A stretch of 63,885 bases of DNA, counting the filler, from Craspedostauros australis (taxonomy: Eukaryota): NCBI GenBank assembly GCA_030167865.1. It is 9 parts of 9 records of this genome, joined end to end, with 100 filler letters (N's around TTAATTAATTAA, not from the genome) between each part and the next. Parts side by side here need not be neighbours in the genome. Positions count along the whole stretch, not along the records: positions 21,755 to 45,628 come from JALAGF010002943.1; positions 45,729 to 48,886 come from JALAGF010002944.1; 7 more parts are not named here. The stretch is one strand, 5' to 3'. A program made the position numbers and the translations under genes. How positions within the stretch are numbered: position 1 is the first letter of the stretch; every line of letters begins with the position of its first letter. Positions 35,592 to 48,986 of the stretch are shown here, piece after piece. The notes under the pieces are model-generated. The model saw nothing but the letters and a program-made list of their open reading frames with translations, had not been told where the DNA came from and searched no databases.

Positions 35592-37680
35592 ATGAAGTCG
35601 TGGTTCGAAAAGAAGCCAACGGCGAAGGATGCAGCCAGAAAGGCCAAGCGCCAAACTCAGCGCGAAGTCAGAGTGAGTATATTATAATATCATATTATAT
35701 TATATGATACACGTGAATGGTCAATGCAGTGTGACTTCTGATGCAGCGAGAATACATGGCAGCAACCCAACGCTCTGCTGTCCACCCACCCATGCTTGAT
35801 TGATTCAGTCTTGTTGCCGTGTCTTCCGTCTGTATCTTGCTCGCAGACGGCCGAAGATGGCGCCAGGCGGGGGTTGGTCTTCATCCGTCACCGGCCATCT
35901 AACTACCAACTGTCAGCTGTTAGATGTCACGTATCGGCGTTCGTGATATGCTGGGACTCTTGGCACGGTTCCTTCAGTGCGCCATTCAAGGGCAGGGCAT
36001 GCGGCGGAGCGTGGCGTGGCGTGAGGCGTGTGGAATCGGTGTTGGTGCGCACTCGCAGCATGATGTGCGTGGCAGGTTTCGAATGTATCAGGAGATATGG
36101 ACAGCAGCCGTTCAAAATCATGGAATGGCCACCACACAGTCAGTCAGCTATTCAATCAACCACCCAATTGGTGATGATACGGCACGGCAAACAACGATTG
36201 TGCCAATCATTGCGGCGCAGCAGCAGCAACATCCAGTCGTCACACGCTGTGATTCAGAAGTCGTCATTTGTTGCATCGCATCGCGCCATCCAAGATGACC
36301 GGATCGTCGCGTCTCGGATCGCATACTCGTCAATTGCAACCGCAACTGTAAATGCAAATGCAACCGCAACTCAAGCGTCGTGATCATGAGCCTGGCCATC
36401 AGCACGAACACGACAGAGAAGAGCAGAGCAGAGCAGAGCATTGGCAACAGTCGTAGCGCTTGCGTGTGATGAGGCACAGCATCAACATCCCATGTCGCAC
36501 AACATGAGGTTTACTCCGCAGCCAACCGAACGGTTCCGCCACCGCCAAAAAGCAGCAGCCGGCCACAAGACATCAACAAAGCGAAACCGGCACCAACATC
36601 AATCAAGACGCACTGCATTGACTTTCAATCTTCTACTTCCCCATGTCACGAACGCATGGGCTCGTCTATTGTGCTAACACAGATTATCACTTGATATCAC
36701 TTTGCTTCCTTCTTTCCTTCATGCAACGTCGTCCATGCAACACCAACACAACACACCTGCATCCAATTCGACACAACACCCACATTCGGATCATGTCGTT
36801 CTGTGCGCATCTATCATACGTTGTTGCCGTTGTCCCCTGCCAATGTCAACGTCAACACCAATGTCAATGTCATTAACCATGACCGCGATCACGACCATAC
36901 CGCTGGTGCCAACAACGACCCGCTTGCGAACCTGATGCAACCATCATCTCCATTCTCATGACGTCACCGTGCCAATGCGTCACCGTGTCATTTTTCATCC
37001 GATTTTACTTTACTTTTACTTTGCTGCACATCGACTTTGCTTTCTGTATCATACTCGACTCTGGTCCACTCCAATATGCTTGACTGTATGTGCAGTCCTC
37101 ACAACGCGAGATGGAGCGTGAATCCCGCGAGCTGGATAGACTGGAGAAGCAGATCATGCTGGAATTGAAGCAGCGGGCGAAGAAGGCGGGCAACAACGGA
37201 AGCAAGGATACTGCGTTGACGGCGCTGGCGAAGCAGCTTGTGCAGGTGCGGCAACAGCGGGAGAAGCTGCAGGCGACCAAGGCCCACATCGGCGCCGTCG
37301 GTATGCACGCCTCGAGCATGGCATCGCAAGTCGCGGCGGCGTCCGCCATCGGTTCCGTGACGCAGGCCATGGGAACCGCGAACGGCGCCATGGACGCCAA
37401 GGAGACCATGAAGATCATGCAGGAGTTCCAGCGCGAGAACGAACGCATGGAGGTGAAGCAGGAGATGATGGACGATGCTCTCATCGATGCGTTCGACAAC
37501 GACGAGGTGACGGAGGAGGCCGACCAGGTGACGCAGCAGGTGCTGGCGGAGCTGGGAGTGGAGATGGATTCCAAGATGGTTGGATTGGACGCGCCATCGC
37601 AGAAGCTGCAGCAGCAAGAGCAGGAGGCCCTGGAGGACGCTCTGCCAGACCTGAAGGCGCGTTTGAACGCGTTGGGTTAA
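35592..37680 (+). CDS. VPS2: ESCRT-III subunit VPS2/CHMP2 (Snf7 family), 2 exons
   Basis: Exon 1 35592-35672 MKSWFEKKPT..REVR; intron GTGAGT..TGCAG 35673-37095; exon 2 QREMERE..LAKQLVQVRQQ..MQEFQRENERMEVKQEMMDD..QVLAELG..DLKARLNAL (MIM1-like end). Confidence 0.9.
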
Positions 37681-40114
37681 GCCATTCGGTGAGTTCGGCT
37701 CGCCCTCACTGTTGGCAGTATGCGGCTGTTGGCCCTCCTGGCTCTTGCATGTATGATGAAAGAACGAGATCACGATGGAAGGGAGACGTGGCGGCGGTGG
37801 CGCCTCCGGCAACGGCAACAACAGCGCATGATCATGCGGATGTATCAAATAATACCATCCAAGTAATACACTCGACTCTATACTCAATCTAGCTTGCAGA
37901 TAGTGCTCTCTCCATAGTATCATGTCATGTTATGCAATAGAAAGAACCGTGAGCGCCAATACTCGTACGTGCACAGTCGCCCACTCACTCCATCCATCCA
38001 TGCATGTCCGCTCCATCATGGCCAAGCTGCTGCCAACGAGGCGCATGTGTGCAGGATGCCTTGCGTTCCGTTTGGATACCAACTGGAATTGTGAGAGAGG
38101 AGAATCCAACACAACAGTTTATGCCTTTTGGATGTGTTGTGTTTGGATGGTGTTCGTGGCTGGGGAAGGCACATGATTAATAAATGTCAATGGCTATTGG
38201 ATGACCCCAATTGTCTCTTCGTATTTGCTTCATGTCGTAGTGTTAACAAGATGTGACATAGTCTCGTCATTAGACGTTTCATAAGTAATGAAATAGAATA
38301 CCTGACATGTCGTATCGTGTCCCGGAACGACCAAATGAGCGGTTGGTTTTGCACACAAAATGGCAACAGGACACGACAGGTACAACCAGAGCAGAAACAC
38401 CGAGAGCTTGGCAGCGCTTTCTGCGTACTGTGTTGTGTTTGGATGTGGTTGACCTTTGTCCTCGTTTTCTTGGGTTGTGTACGGCTTCAGTAATGCTGAA
38501 CCTGGAGGCAGCGTTCGTGCACACACAGAAGGGGCGGCCAACTCCGAGAAGCGAAGAAACAGCAAGAATGGAAAGAAGGTGAGAACGTCAAGAAACGCAA
38601 GATGCGGAAGGACAAGAAACGAGAGAAAGGAGGAAAGGAACAAAGACGCAGAGCGGTGCCCAAAAGCCTCACCAAAGCTGTGGCTGTGGTGCTCGGTCGA
38701 TAGATCGTGAACAGCAAAGCGGCACACAACAAGAAGGGAGGCCAGGTACGAGTGGAGGGCAGCAAACCAGCGAACAGGCAGCAAGGGACAGCGAAAGAGG
38801 GGAACGGCGATCTGGATTGTGCGTCCCGTTCTTGTGGATCGTGGCTTGTACTTCTACTTCTACTTGTACTATACTTGTACTCTACGCTTGTACTCTACTA
38901 TGCTTGTACTCTATTTGTAGTAGTACGGCCTCCCACAGAGAGGAGATCACCAGGACTACTACCCCACGTTGGTTCGTCACCATCCATTGATCCTGTATTG
39001 CGCCATGCTAATGCTCGAACTGTTGGTACACACGCAGGCACAAGCACAAGCACTCTTGAGAGACCGAGGTTGTTGGTCATCAGCACGATCGAACGGGTGC
39101 GAAGAAAGGGTGCTGAGACAGGAGCATTGAAGGTCTTGCATCATTCTTACTGTGCTTCCCCGTTCCTCCGTTCTCACCCGCCCCCATCTCCATCTCTGTC
39201 TCCAGCTTCACCGACAACATCGTGGCGCGAAACCGAAGCAACGCCGGACTTCGCCACGAACATCCATCGATTCAATCATCATCTGAGAGGAGGCACTCGC
39301 GTTGGTGGAGAGATACCATACGTGTAGAGTGCAGAGTGAAGTGTGTAGAGGGAAGGGACAGTTACAGTTACGCGCTAGGGGGGACACAGCGAGAATGCAA
39401 ACAGAGGCAACACAGAGGCAACAACCACATCAAACGAAGGTCCAGAAAAGAACGCGCCTCGCGCAACAAGGAATCGTGCATTGTGGCATCTGGTTCGCTT
39501 GCTCTGAAGCCTCTGACCCAACAAAAAGACAAGTGGGAAGCTGCTCAGGACACACCCCAACACACCCCACACGCCTGCAGAAGCCCACCTCCGTGACCCT
39601 TCGCCATCATCAGCCTCTCACGAAGTTCTTACAAAGTGTTCGCGACGCTCCGGACTCTCCACCGTGTACTGCCACAACAATGATGACGGCAGTAGGGGCA
39701 ACAGCGAGAGTGAGAGCGAGAGCGAGAGAAGCAGCTACACATGCAACGACAGCTACAGGTGCAACTGCGACTGAAAGCATGGAGACGAATGAATCACAAG
39801 CCACCAGCTTGTGCTCAGACTCAGTGAGGCTCATCGAGACGACGGCGATGCATGCGGACCCTGAGATGGCCACCTGCGCAGGCCCAAGCGTTGATGTGAG
39901 CGTTGATGCAACAATGGAAAGTGGCTGTGACTGTGACTGCAGCCACCACCACCAACGGCAGCAACATCGTCACCAACACCACCAGCAACATCACCTCCAA
40001 CGCCACCTCCAACAACAACACCAACAAACCCACAATGATGACCGACATCGCGACAAAAGGAAGCGCTCCTCGTATCACAACAGCCCCGGCCAAGTACATG
40101 ACCTCTTTGCCATC

Positions 40115-43100
40115 ATGCAGCGGGCGCTGTTCATCCTGTCCTTGCTCTTTGTCCGTGCGGCCTCCACCCCAGCGAGCATCGCCGCCGTCAATCCAGAATC
40201 CTTACGTCGCGCCGCGGAAACACTGGACAACTTCATGCAGGAGCCGGTCCAAGCGTTGGACATATGGCAGCACTACAGGCTGCTGGGTGGATTCGAGGAT
40301 GCAGCCGCAACTACCAAGCCAACTTCCAACACCAATGGCAACAACACCTCCACATCCAAGCCATCCTACGGCCTGCCTCCATCCAAACGAGACGAGATCC
40401 TTCGCTACCAATTCAGCTTTGCATTGGCGAAGCAGTTCAAAATGTACTACGGTGACGAGGACGGCACCTTCCTGGCATACGACGACTTCTTCGTGGATGC
40501 CAGCTACCGCGAACCCAGGGATTCCGGCTACGATATCAACGATCCCACCATGCAGCATTACTACAACTCCTGCGTCGACATCGTCACTGGTGCACCGACG
40601 ACGTGCGACATGCAAGAGGGCTCCTTCTACATCAACTGCATCGACAACTGCACCTATGTCCCCTGCGATCAGATCAACAACGAACCACACACCACCAACA
40701 CCAACGCCAACACCAATACCAACGACACATCTTCATTGTCACCCAAGGCCTGGTGCAAGTCCTACGAAAAGCGCACGGCCAACGAACAAGATGCAAGAAC
40801 GAAGGGATTCGTCCCCAGAACCTACTCTTGCATCGACAGGAACGGACAGTTCACGGAACAGGACGGGGAGACCATTCAGCTCTCCACCTTTGTCTCGCAG
40901 CAGCAGCAACAGCAGCAGGAAGGTTCGTCTCTTATGGATGGCATGCAAAATGCATTCACGTACACAGTCCCAAGATCATTCACGCTGGGCGATTGCACCT
41001 TCCGAGACGGAACCAAGGTGAGACGGAGCTCCGAAGAGGGGCAATATCATTACTGCGGAACCGACGGCAATGGCGTCGCTGGTTTGGATGGTCAGAATAC
41101 CAACAACAACTGCGCCAACACATTCATAGGGGGATTCCGCAGCCGCGATTACGATCCACGTGTGCGGGGATGGTATGAGCAGGTGCGCAACTCGCAGCAG
41201 CCCTCATGGTCCAATCCCTACACCTTCTTTACCACGCTTGAGATGGGCATCACCTACGGTCAGCCGATGTACGTTCTCGATCATGCCAACGGCAACGAGA
41301 ACAATGGCGAGGCAAGGGCAGTGTAAGTGCCAGTGTTGCAGGTCCCATGAGCGTTGTCTTTGCAACGTTCAAGATAGTCCGCATCGTGCCTTGCGCTTCC
41401 ATGCAATTCAATTCAATGTCACGCCACACAACACCATGCCAGTTTTGTTGTGATTCCACGGCAGGTGGACTGGGCACAGGGAACGCATGAGGTAGTGCCA
41501 CATCCGCACTCACTGTCTCGCCAACTTGCGATTTTGTTCCATCTACACGTGCGGACCCCTCCTCTTTCTCCACTTAATGCGCCATGATTCCTTCTCTCAA
41601 CTTCTCTTCACTCACCCTCGCAATGCAGATTTCAAGGAGTTTTGGCCGTCGACTATCCCCTGTCAGGTGTCTCGGGATTCCTCCGAGAATTGTACGGTCT
41701 GATGGATACCAGCAGTGGCGTGGATACGGACGGCGGCGCAACAGCGATGAATGGCGATACCTCGACGTTGCCGAGTTCAACTTCCACCTCAAGCGCAACC
41801 ACTAATCCATTGCTCGTTGCCATTGCAGAAGATGCAGCACCGCATTACCTGATTGGGATTTCAACGTCAAGGAAGACTGCCCAAACGGTACAAAAAAAAG
41901 ACCCCACAAAGCCATGTCCAGCCGATGCGGGTCCTGACCAATGCAGCGATGTGCGCGTCTCCATGCTCGACGAAACAGACGCGCTTGGCCAGCCACTATC
42001 AGACGCCGATGATGTCCTGCGCCGAGCTTTTCAGGCGCAGGCCGAGGCCAACTTCGACGAATCGCTGCTGGTGCCGGTGCCATCTGGATCAGCCACGGTC
42101 CAGCATGTCTGCCAATCCTTGGTGTACGAGCAAGACAACGCCTCCAACTTGAAATGGCAAATCGTGGTGGTCTTCGAAGTCACCAATTCCGAGGCCGACA
42201 GTCTGGAGATAGGCAACCCGCTGATGATCATCGTCATCGCCTTGGGTTCTCTCGGGTTCCTCCTCTGCATGGCGATGTGGATCCAATTCTACAACTGGAG
42301 GACGGAAAAGGCAATCGTGCATGCGGACTGGAGATTCACGCTGGCGTTTTTGATGGGATGCGCACTCATGAATCTGGCGTCCTTCACAGCCTTGGGACCC
42401 AACACCGACGAGAACTGCATGCTCCGAATGTGGTCCTTCAATTCGCTCTTCGCGGTCGGTACGTTCATTCACACAACTCCGATGTTTTGCTCCATTTCAT
42501 GCCACTCCATCCTATTTGTGGGTGGAATCACGGGATGGAGCATCTGCTGACAGCGTTCATGAGCGGGTGCTCGTGAGCGTTACCGAAACAACTTGACTTC
42601 ATTTCATTGTATCTCACCGTGTTCCAATTCTTTCCACCCATCAACCCCCGTGCTCCTGGAACTTCATATTGCACACCTGTACGTAACGCGCAGCCTTGGC
42701 GCCGTTGCTCATCAAGGTCTGGAGGATGTATTCGTTGATCGGTAAATCCAGCGGTTTTACCAGGAGGGCCATATCCAACACACTTGCCGCAATGTACACG
42801 CTGCCGATCATCGGGGCTCAGCTAGTCTTTCTTCTGCTTTTCGCGATCCTGGATCCACCGCGGCAGGTCGTCAGCCTCGAGGCTGATGGACTTGACATCG
42901 TTCAGCACATCACATGCGAACAAGATTCGGATGCGTTCATCTACATTCAGTTCGGAATTGGTGGTGAGTGAGACCGTGTCGCGGAACAATCAACCGTCTG
43001 AACTTCGTGCGATCTTCGCTACTATGCTCCAACTCGCTCTTCTTAGGTCCAGAGGAGTACGATGCGTTCGATGGATGATGCACCATGTGTGTCTCCTGTG

Positions 43101-44495
43101 TTGTATGTCGTGTGTCGAAGCAATTCATTCCATTCCACACCATTCAATTCCACCTCGTCTCATCCAATGCATATTCGAACCCCGCTCTGTCTTTCTCATC
43201 TCACGGGGTGCTTTGATTCGTCCACTTCGATGCATTTGCTCTGTCGGGAATCTCTTCGCCCGAATGTTTCACATCCAATCCGATGCAATCCAATCCAATC
43301 ATTCGAACGCACAGCCTTCCTCGTGCTGATAGGGTGCGTGCTTGCGTACCTGACCCGCAACCTCGATTCCAACTTTGGAGAGGCCAAGCAGCTCATCTTT
43401 GCCATGTACAACGTCGCATTTACAGGCATTGTAATCGTTATCATCGCTGCACTGGTGGACATCGACCAGTCCGGACAGCTGACGGTGAAGGTGATCGGGA
43501 TCTTCTGGGGAACGCTCTTCTCAAGCAGTGCCTTCGTGGTACCAAGGCTTTTGCAAGTCAAGGAAAGCCGGCAGTCATCTGTGTCAGGTCGCAGAGGTCC
43601 AATGTCCTCCTTTCGAAATGTGCATGTATCGGGCATCGATTTGCAAGGCGTATCGAACAACAACATGGTGAGGCGATCCACGTTCGGCAGTAGTTCAGGG
43701 AACAACAGTGGATCGAATCTGTTCCGCCGATCTCTGGATGCTCTCCGTCTGGCGCCGAAGCTTCAGCAAGAGCTATCCAACCTCGAGGAGGAGGGAAGCC
43801 AGATCTCGGGCCTCGAAGATGCGAGCAACAGCCAGAGACGCAGCATCCTCAACTCCTCCAGGCATTCGCAACGGGAAAAGTCAATGAGGATCGACCAAAT
43901 CTTCAGCACTGACGCGATCCCCACCAACAAAGATGTGTTTGGTATAAGTCACAGCCATGACAATGAGGCACAGGACGAGTCGCTGTCACAATCGGAGGAA
44001 GACTACGACGAAGGGGGTCCCCAATGGGACGGCGGGGAAGATCTGAACCAGGAACTGAATCGATCATGCCGATGGAGCAGTCAGGAAGCGTCGTCCTCAA
44101 GCTTCTCCGTCGGTCTGGAAGGACCACGGGTCCACCGCTTTAGCAAGGAAGGCAGCACGTTGGCCTTCTCGGTGGGCCAACCACAACCAGGGAGCCGCTC
44201 AAGAAGTCGCATGCGATCCATCGAGACGCAGATACGGAATGTGCATTCGCAGATGGAGAGCATCAATGAGGAGGTCCCCCCGACAGAAGAGGACTCCGAC
44301 GTGCCCCCCGTGGACGGTAACAACACCCACGATGTCGGCAACAACGTCAACGCCAACGACGACGCCAATGCTGACGACAACGACAGTGCCGGAAGACAGC
44401 GAGGCGGTCGAAGTGATAACGACTGTGATGATGAGTACCATTCCGGCGATGCATCGACGGAAACAACAGTTCCGAACAGCAGTGACTACGCATGA
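40115..44495 (+). CDS. Class C (GABA-B-like, 7tm_3) GPCR with a Cache-like extracellular domain, 4 exons
   Basis: Signal-like MQRALFILSLLFVRAAS (upstream ATGs are possible). Cache motifs YDPRVRGWY, WSNPY, FQGVLAVDY. Introns 41323-41628, 42459-42693 and 42964-43314 all keep the frame. 7TM motifs CMLRMW, IKVWRMY, LAYLTRNLDSNFGEAKQLIFAMYN, FVVPRL. Confidence 0.88.
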
Positions 44496-45023
44496 CATAA
44501 GTCCATGAGGGTACTTTGGACCGCTGATGTGGCGATACATGAGGGATGATCGTCTGATCAACTCATTGCCTGGAGAGATCATGCGGATGCGAATACTTGC
44601 GCGCCACAGTACCCACTCTGTTTTCTGCTGAGTGAACAGAGCCGAAGAAGCTGTTTGGGAAAGCAGAAAACCGCTATGGTAATCTACGTAATTCGGTTGG
44701 TTGAATCACCTTTGTTCTCTGCATGGATTACATAATCTACTCTGTTGACCGTGCCGCTCGTCGCAATTCAAGTCTGTTTGCACCGGAGCGTCCATCCTCC
44801 GCATTCACCATTGGGCGATCTCAAGAAGAGGACAGCAGCGTCTGCTGTCCATCTACGTCATCTCATTGCGTGGACTCACACTCGCGTTTATTCGCCCTGA
44901 TTCTCCGTCCATCACCTGTCCCATGGCTCGGCAGAATGCGAGCGGACTTGCTTCATGGTTGCATCTTTTCAAACCATCGTAGAAGCGCGCTTGTTGTGCA
45001 GAGTGTTGGCAGAACAGTCCATT

Positions 45024-45627
45024 AGAGAGTTATCGCACTCAGCTCACCCAGTCACGACCAGTCCCAGGAGGGAGTCATAACCTGATAGAGACACTTTTCG
45101 AGGGGCGGGATGCGAACTTCCCCCTCGGCGAACTGATGAGAACTCAGTTCCGACGCTCTGAACTGAAATCATCTCAGCTCGTGGAGTCCTGGCAAAATTA
45201 TCACTTCCACGCGTAACTAAACTTGTAGCCAATAATATTGCTTCATTTTGACCGTTTTGGTCGTTCTTGTCGTTGTCAATGATCTATGTTTGTCGCAACG
45301 CTACACTGTATGCATTCAATTTCGGACACCAACATCCAAGAGAACAACGATGACACACCCATCACAACGAATTAATATATATTTCTATTCCCTGGCCGTC
45401 ATCTACAATCTCAGAACAGGAATGACCAAAATAGGATGTTGCCAAACCGGAAATGCAACGAACTTGTCTAAACTTGATACCTTGGGAATAGGATAGACTC
45501 AAAAGCGCTCGAGTTAATCCATGCAGTATTATGTCACGAATCAGTCCTGTGCAGTTTCTCTGCTCGAGAGTCAATGCGAACTGTGACAATTGACATCAGC
45601 TGAGGGAGCTGAATGCGATAACTCTCT
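45024..45627. mobile_element. 604-bp MITE with about 22-bp terminal inverted repeats
   Basis: Left AGAGAGTTATCGCACTCAGCTC; right GAGCTGAATGCGATAACTCTCT (1 mismatch). Left flank ATT; right flank A then gap. No coding capacity. Confidence 0.85.
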
Positions 45628-45728
45628 ANNNNNNNNNNNNNNNNNNNNNNNNNNNNNNNNNNNNNNNNNNNNTTAATTAATTAANNNNNNNNNNNNNNNN
45701 NNNNNNNNNNNNNNNNNNNNNNNNNNNN

Positions 45729-45933
45729 GTCAAAGGCTGAGTCCCTAAATCAGTCTAAAAATTAGCACCTTGATGGGACCATAAAACTTAAACTAAGGTC
45801 TAACCGGAAAGTAATTTGAATCATTATTTGGTTTTAGAATATGAGGATTATGAATATGTGATTTGTTTGGATATCCGAGAAAAAAGATGTTGAGTCCCAG
45901 GACAAAGTGCAGGTCGACTCACTCGGGGGGCTC
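45729..45933. repeat. About 205-bp AT-rich element terminus, identical copy at 48987-49191 and diverged copy near 63643-63801
   Basis: The two copies are identical up to GGTCGACTCACTCGGGGGGCTC and then diverge abruptly. The third ends GGTCGACTCACTGATCAGGCTC. Confidence 0.85.
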
Positions 45934-46021
45934 CTAGTCCACCACGGGGAACATCTGGCTGTCGTCTTGGTCCCTGCCTTCAGTATTGGGACTCCTGCAG
46001 CTGCTGCTGCTGCTGCTGTTA

Positions 46022-48886
46022 CTAGCTGCAGAGAATGTAAAATGGGGTCACGATAGCACTAGTTGTAGAGTTTTGGCCCCTTGTTGCCACTGGTTTGCTT
46101 GCTTTTGGGAGCAACGGCGATTATACATTTAGAGCTATTTCGTGTTGTTCCTCCCTGGTCCGTCTTCTACGTCACAGGACGGATTCGACGTCATGCGAAA
46201 CCAGTCACAACACAAGATGTGAGTGCGTCTCGCAGCACGTGGCCCTTGCTTCGCGACACAACGTGATGGCCAATCGCGCCGCAACACACGCGGACCGTTC
46301 CACGACGCAACGTGACGGCTTCGCGACACAACACACCGATCGTGTGGCGACGCGCACCAACCACGACACAAAAATTATGGTCCCCGTCACAAAAAAAACA
46401 CAACACATCACATCACAATCCTCCATGCCATCAAGCAAATGATGCGCACACCACCATTCGAACCACAGGTGTACCTCACACATATAATACTACTACTACT
46501 ACGATTTGCAGCTACACCTCTGCTGTGTTGGCATCCTGCTCTGCTTTGCTGTGATGCTCGGTCTTGCCAACGAACATGGCCACTTCGAATGTGTTCATGG
46601 TGGGTGCTGCTTCGGTCTTGCTCTTGTTGTTGTGAGGCCCACTAATCTCAGCTTTGCTCTTGCTGGGTGTCTTCTTCTTCTGGCCTTTTTTCTGTTGCTC
46701 AGCCTCCTCATTGGCTTTGGTGGTCGCAACGATTTGCTTCTCCAGCAATGGAATGAGGCTTCTGGTTGTTCGCAGGTTCGTTTTAAGGCACTGCAGTCCA
46801 CTGACAGCCATCACCTTGAGCGCATCATCGTACATACCTTCGATGTTGGGCTTGGCATATTTGAAGCCAGCTGATTTGTCTTTCTTGCCTGTTGCAGTTG
46901 GTTTCTTGGAAGCATTGTTGGTTGCCTCATCCTCCTCCTCCAACGTGAAGTCCGTGTGAGACACAGTAACGCCGATCTTGTTGCCGTCCTTGTCAGTTTC
47001 GGTGAATGTTTGCTTCCGCACGTTCATGCTCAGTCCCTTGCGCTCCGTCACAAATTCGTCACCTCCTTTCGCAGCACAAATTGCGTAGGCGATCTGATGG
47101 TGGCGAACATACGCGCGAGCTACCTTGTCCAGCCCAAATTGCTCCCAACAGGTTTTGCAAGCACCCCACAACGCATCAGTGGTGAACATGCGACTCCTGT
47201 TGTGCTTACCTTGATGCGCTGACACGTGTTTTGACATTGCTGGGAATATCGTATCGTCTTTCACGTTCGTGATGGGAGAATTCGATGGTTGAAATTGGAG
47301 GTGCCACCTGCGACTGTCGAACTCCTCGTTGATGAACCTGAGCAGTTCCATCTCTCTGTGTGGCCCTGCGCCATCCATCTGGTACCGAATCACCACGTTC
47401 TTGCCCGTTTTGGCCTTGATTTTGCTGGCAAGCGAATCCAGTGCTGGGAGTTCTTTTTCGCGGAAGAATTTCTTGAGGCTGTATTTTGGCTTGGGCTTAA
47501 CACGATGGCCATCTGTTTCCTTGCTGCCCATGATTTCCAGTGGTTGAAAGTACAGTTCACCCTTCTTGCAAGAGATTTTGTTCTTGTCAGGAAGGTGCTT
47601 GTACTTGGTTGGCGAGACCCAAGTTCGCTTGTATGTAGTCTTCTGCGCTCGAACCTTGCGCCCAACACGTTCGAAGCTGACCTTATACGCCTTTCCTCCT
47701 CGATCAAAGCGGTTGTCTGTTGGAGCGAACGCTGTTGATGCAATCACCATGGTCTTTTTGATGTGGCACTTGTGGTGCACAGCATGATTCACAGGCTTAA
47801 CCCCCATTTGGGGCACATGTTTGAGATTCTTCCAAGCAACAATAGAGTAGAACCACTTCTCATCCATGTGGACAACAACAACTTGTGTATTCTCAAGCTG
47901 CTCAGCTGCTTCCCAGAACACACAGAAGTCCTTGGCCCAGATCTCGCGCTTTGCCTTCGTGTCGCCCTTGATCTTGGGGAGTATTGTTGTAGAATGGTAT
48001 TTGCTGCCCTCCAATCCCATGACGTATGTTCGGATGGTGTCTTTGCAGACGCATTGGACGTTGCCGTTTCCTGCTAGTTCGCGTGCAACATCGTCCCACG
48101 AGATTGCGCCATTGCATCATTGCAACACATCCTGGAGCTCAACTTGCAGGAAGGGACCACGCTCCAACCACGAATCAGACAGGGATTTTGCGGATGCCAG
48201 CTCTTCAGGCGAAGCATGGTCAAAGGCATAAGAGATGTCCTCAGTCGTCAACCGTTGTCTGGGATGCTTAAGCCGCAGTTGCTTTGCGAAGATGGCACGC
48301 GGCGTGAAGCATTGCTGTTGCTTCTTGGAGCAGGTGAAGATGGTGCTGCCCGCATTGCTGCGCTTCTTCCATTCCAGGTTGTTCTGTTGGAATTTTTTGA
48401 TGTTGCGTTCGACAGTGCTAGTGCCAATATCCCATGCGTGGGCGATCAATTTCATGTTGGCTGGGATCCCACCCAAATTGAAATAGAGAACGATGTAGTT
48501 TTGGNTGTCTTGCTTATCAAGTTGTTTCTTTCTATTGGTGGGCTTAGTGTTGCTATGCCCTCCATCCTTTCGCAACCATCCTTTTGTTTTCGCGCCTTTC
48601 TTCATCTGCTTCGTGAGCTGGGCGATGGCTGCTGTCCTGTGCTCTCGTGCCAGCTCGAGAAAAGCAGCGATGTTGGCTTCTTGCGGTTCCGTGGTAGTTG
48701 GGGATGGTGTGGGGGGCTTAGCCTTGTTGTTGACACGCGCAGCAGCGACAGAGTGATGCTGGGGAGAAAGGAGGGAAGGCTGAGCAAGGCCACCAGCAGC
48801 GCGAGTCCGTGCGAAGGTAGCGAGGCTGTGTGGTGCGCACAGATCCTCACGAACGATGTACATGTGCCCTCTGGACATCACTGGGG
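46022..48886 (-). mobile_element. Tc1/mariner (plant-mariner/DD39D-like) DNA transposon; the other end is lost in the gap
   Basis: TA followed by terminus CTAGCTGCAGAGAATG shared with the copy ending at 16624; internal transposase gene. Confidence 0.8.
46512..48881 (-). pseudogene. Mariner-like DDD transposase with one in-frame TGA at 48119-48117
   Basis: HMDEKWFY, YQMDGAGPH and QPSNSPITNVKD catalytic motifs. ORFs 48117-48881 and 46512-48020 are in the same frame, separated only by DVLQ*CNG. Confidence 0.85.
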
Positions 48887-48986
48887 NNNNNNNNNNNNNN
48901 NNNNNNNNNNNNNNNNNNNNNNNNNNNNNNTTAATTAATTAANNNNNNNNNNNNNNNNNNNNNNNNNNNNNNNNNNNNNNNNNNNN

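Noticed and set aside
37099..37923. Long antisense ORFs (also 10435-11310, 14163-15278, 17884-18888, 48120-48938)
   Set aside because: Shadow frames opposite well-supported genes in GC3-rich coding sequence.
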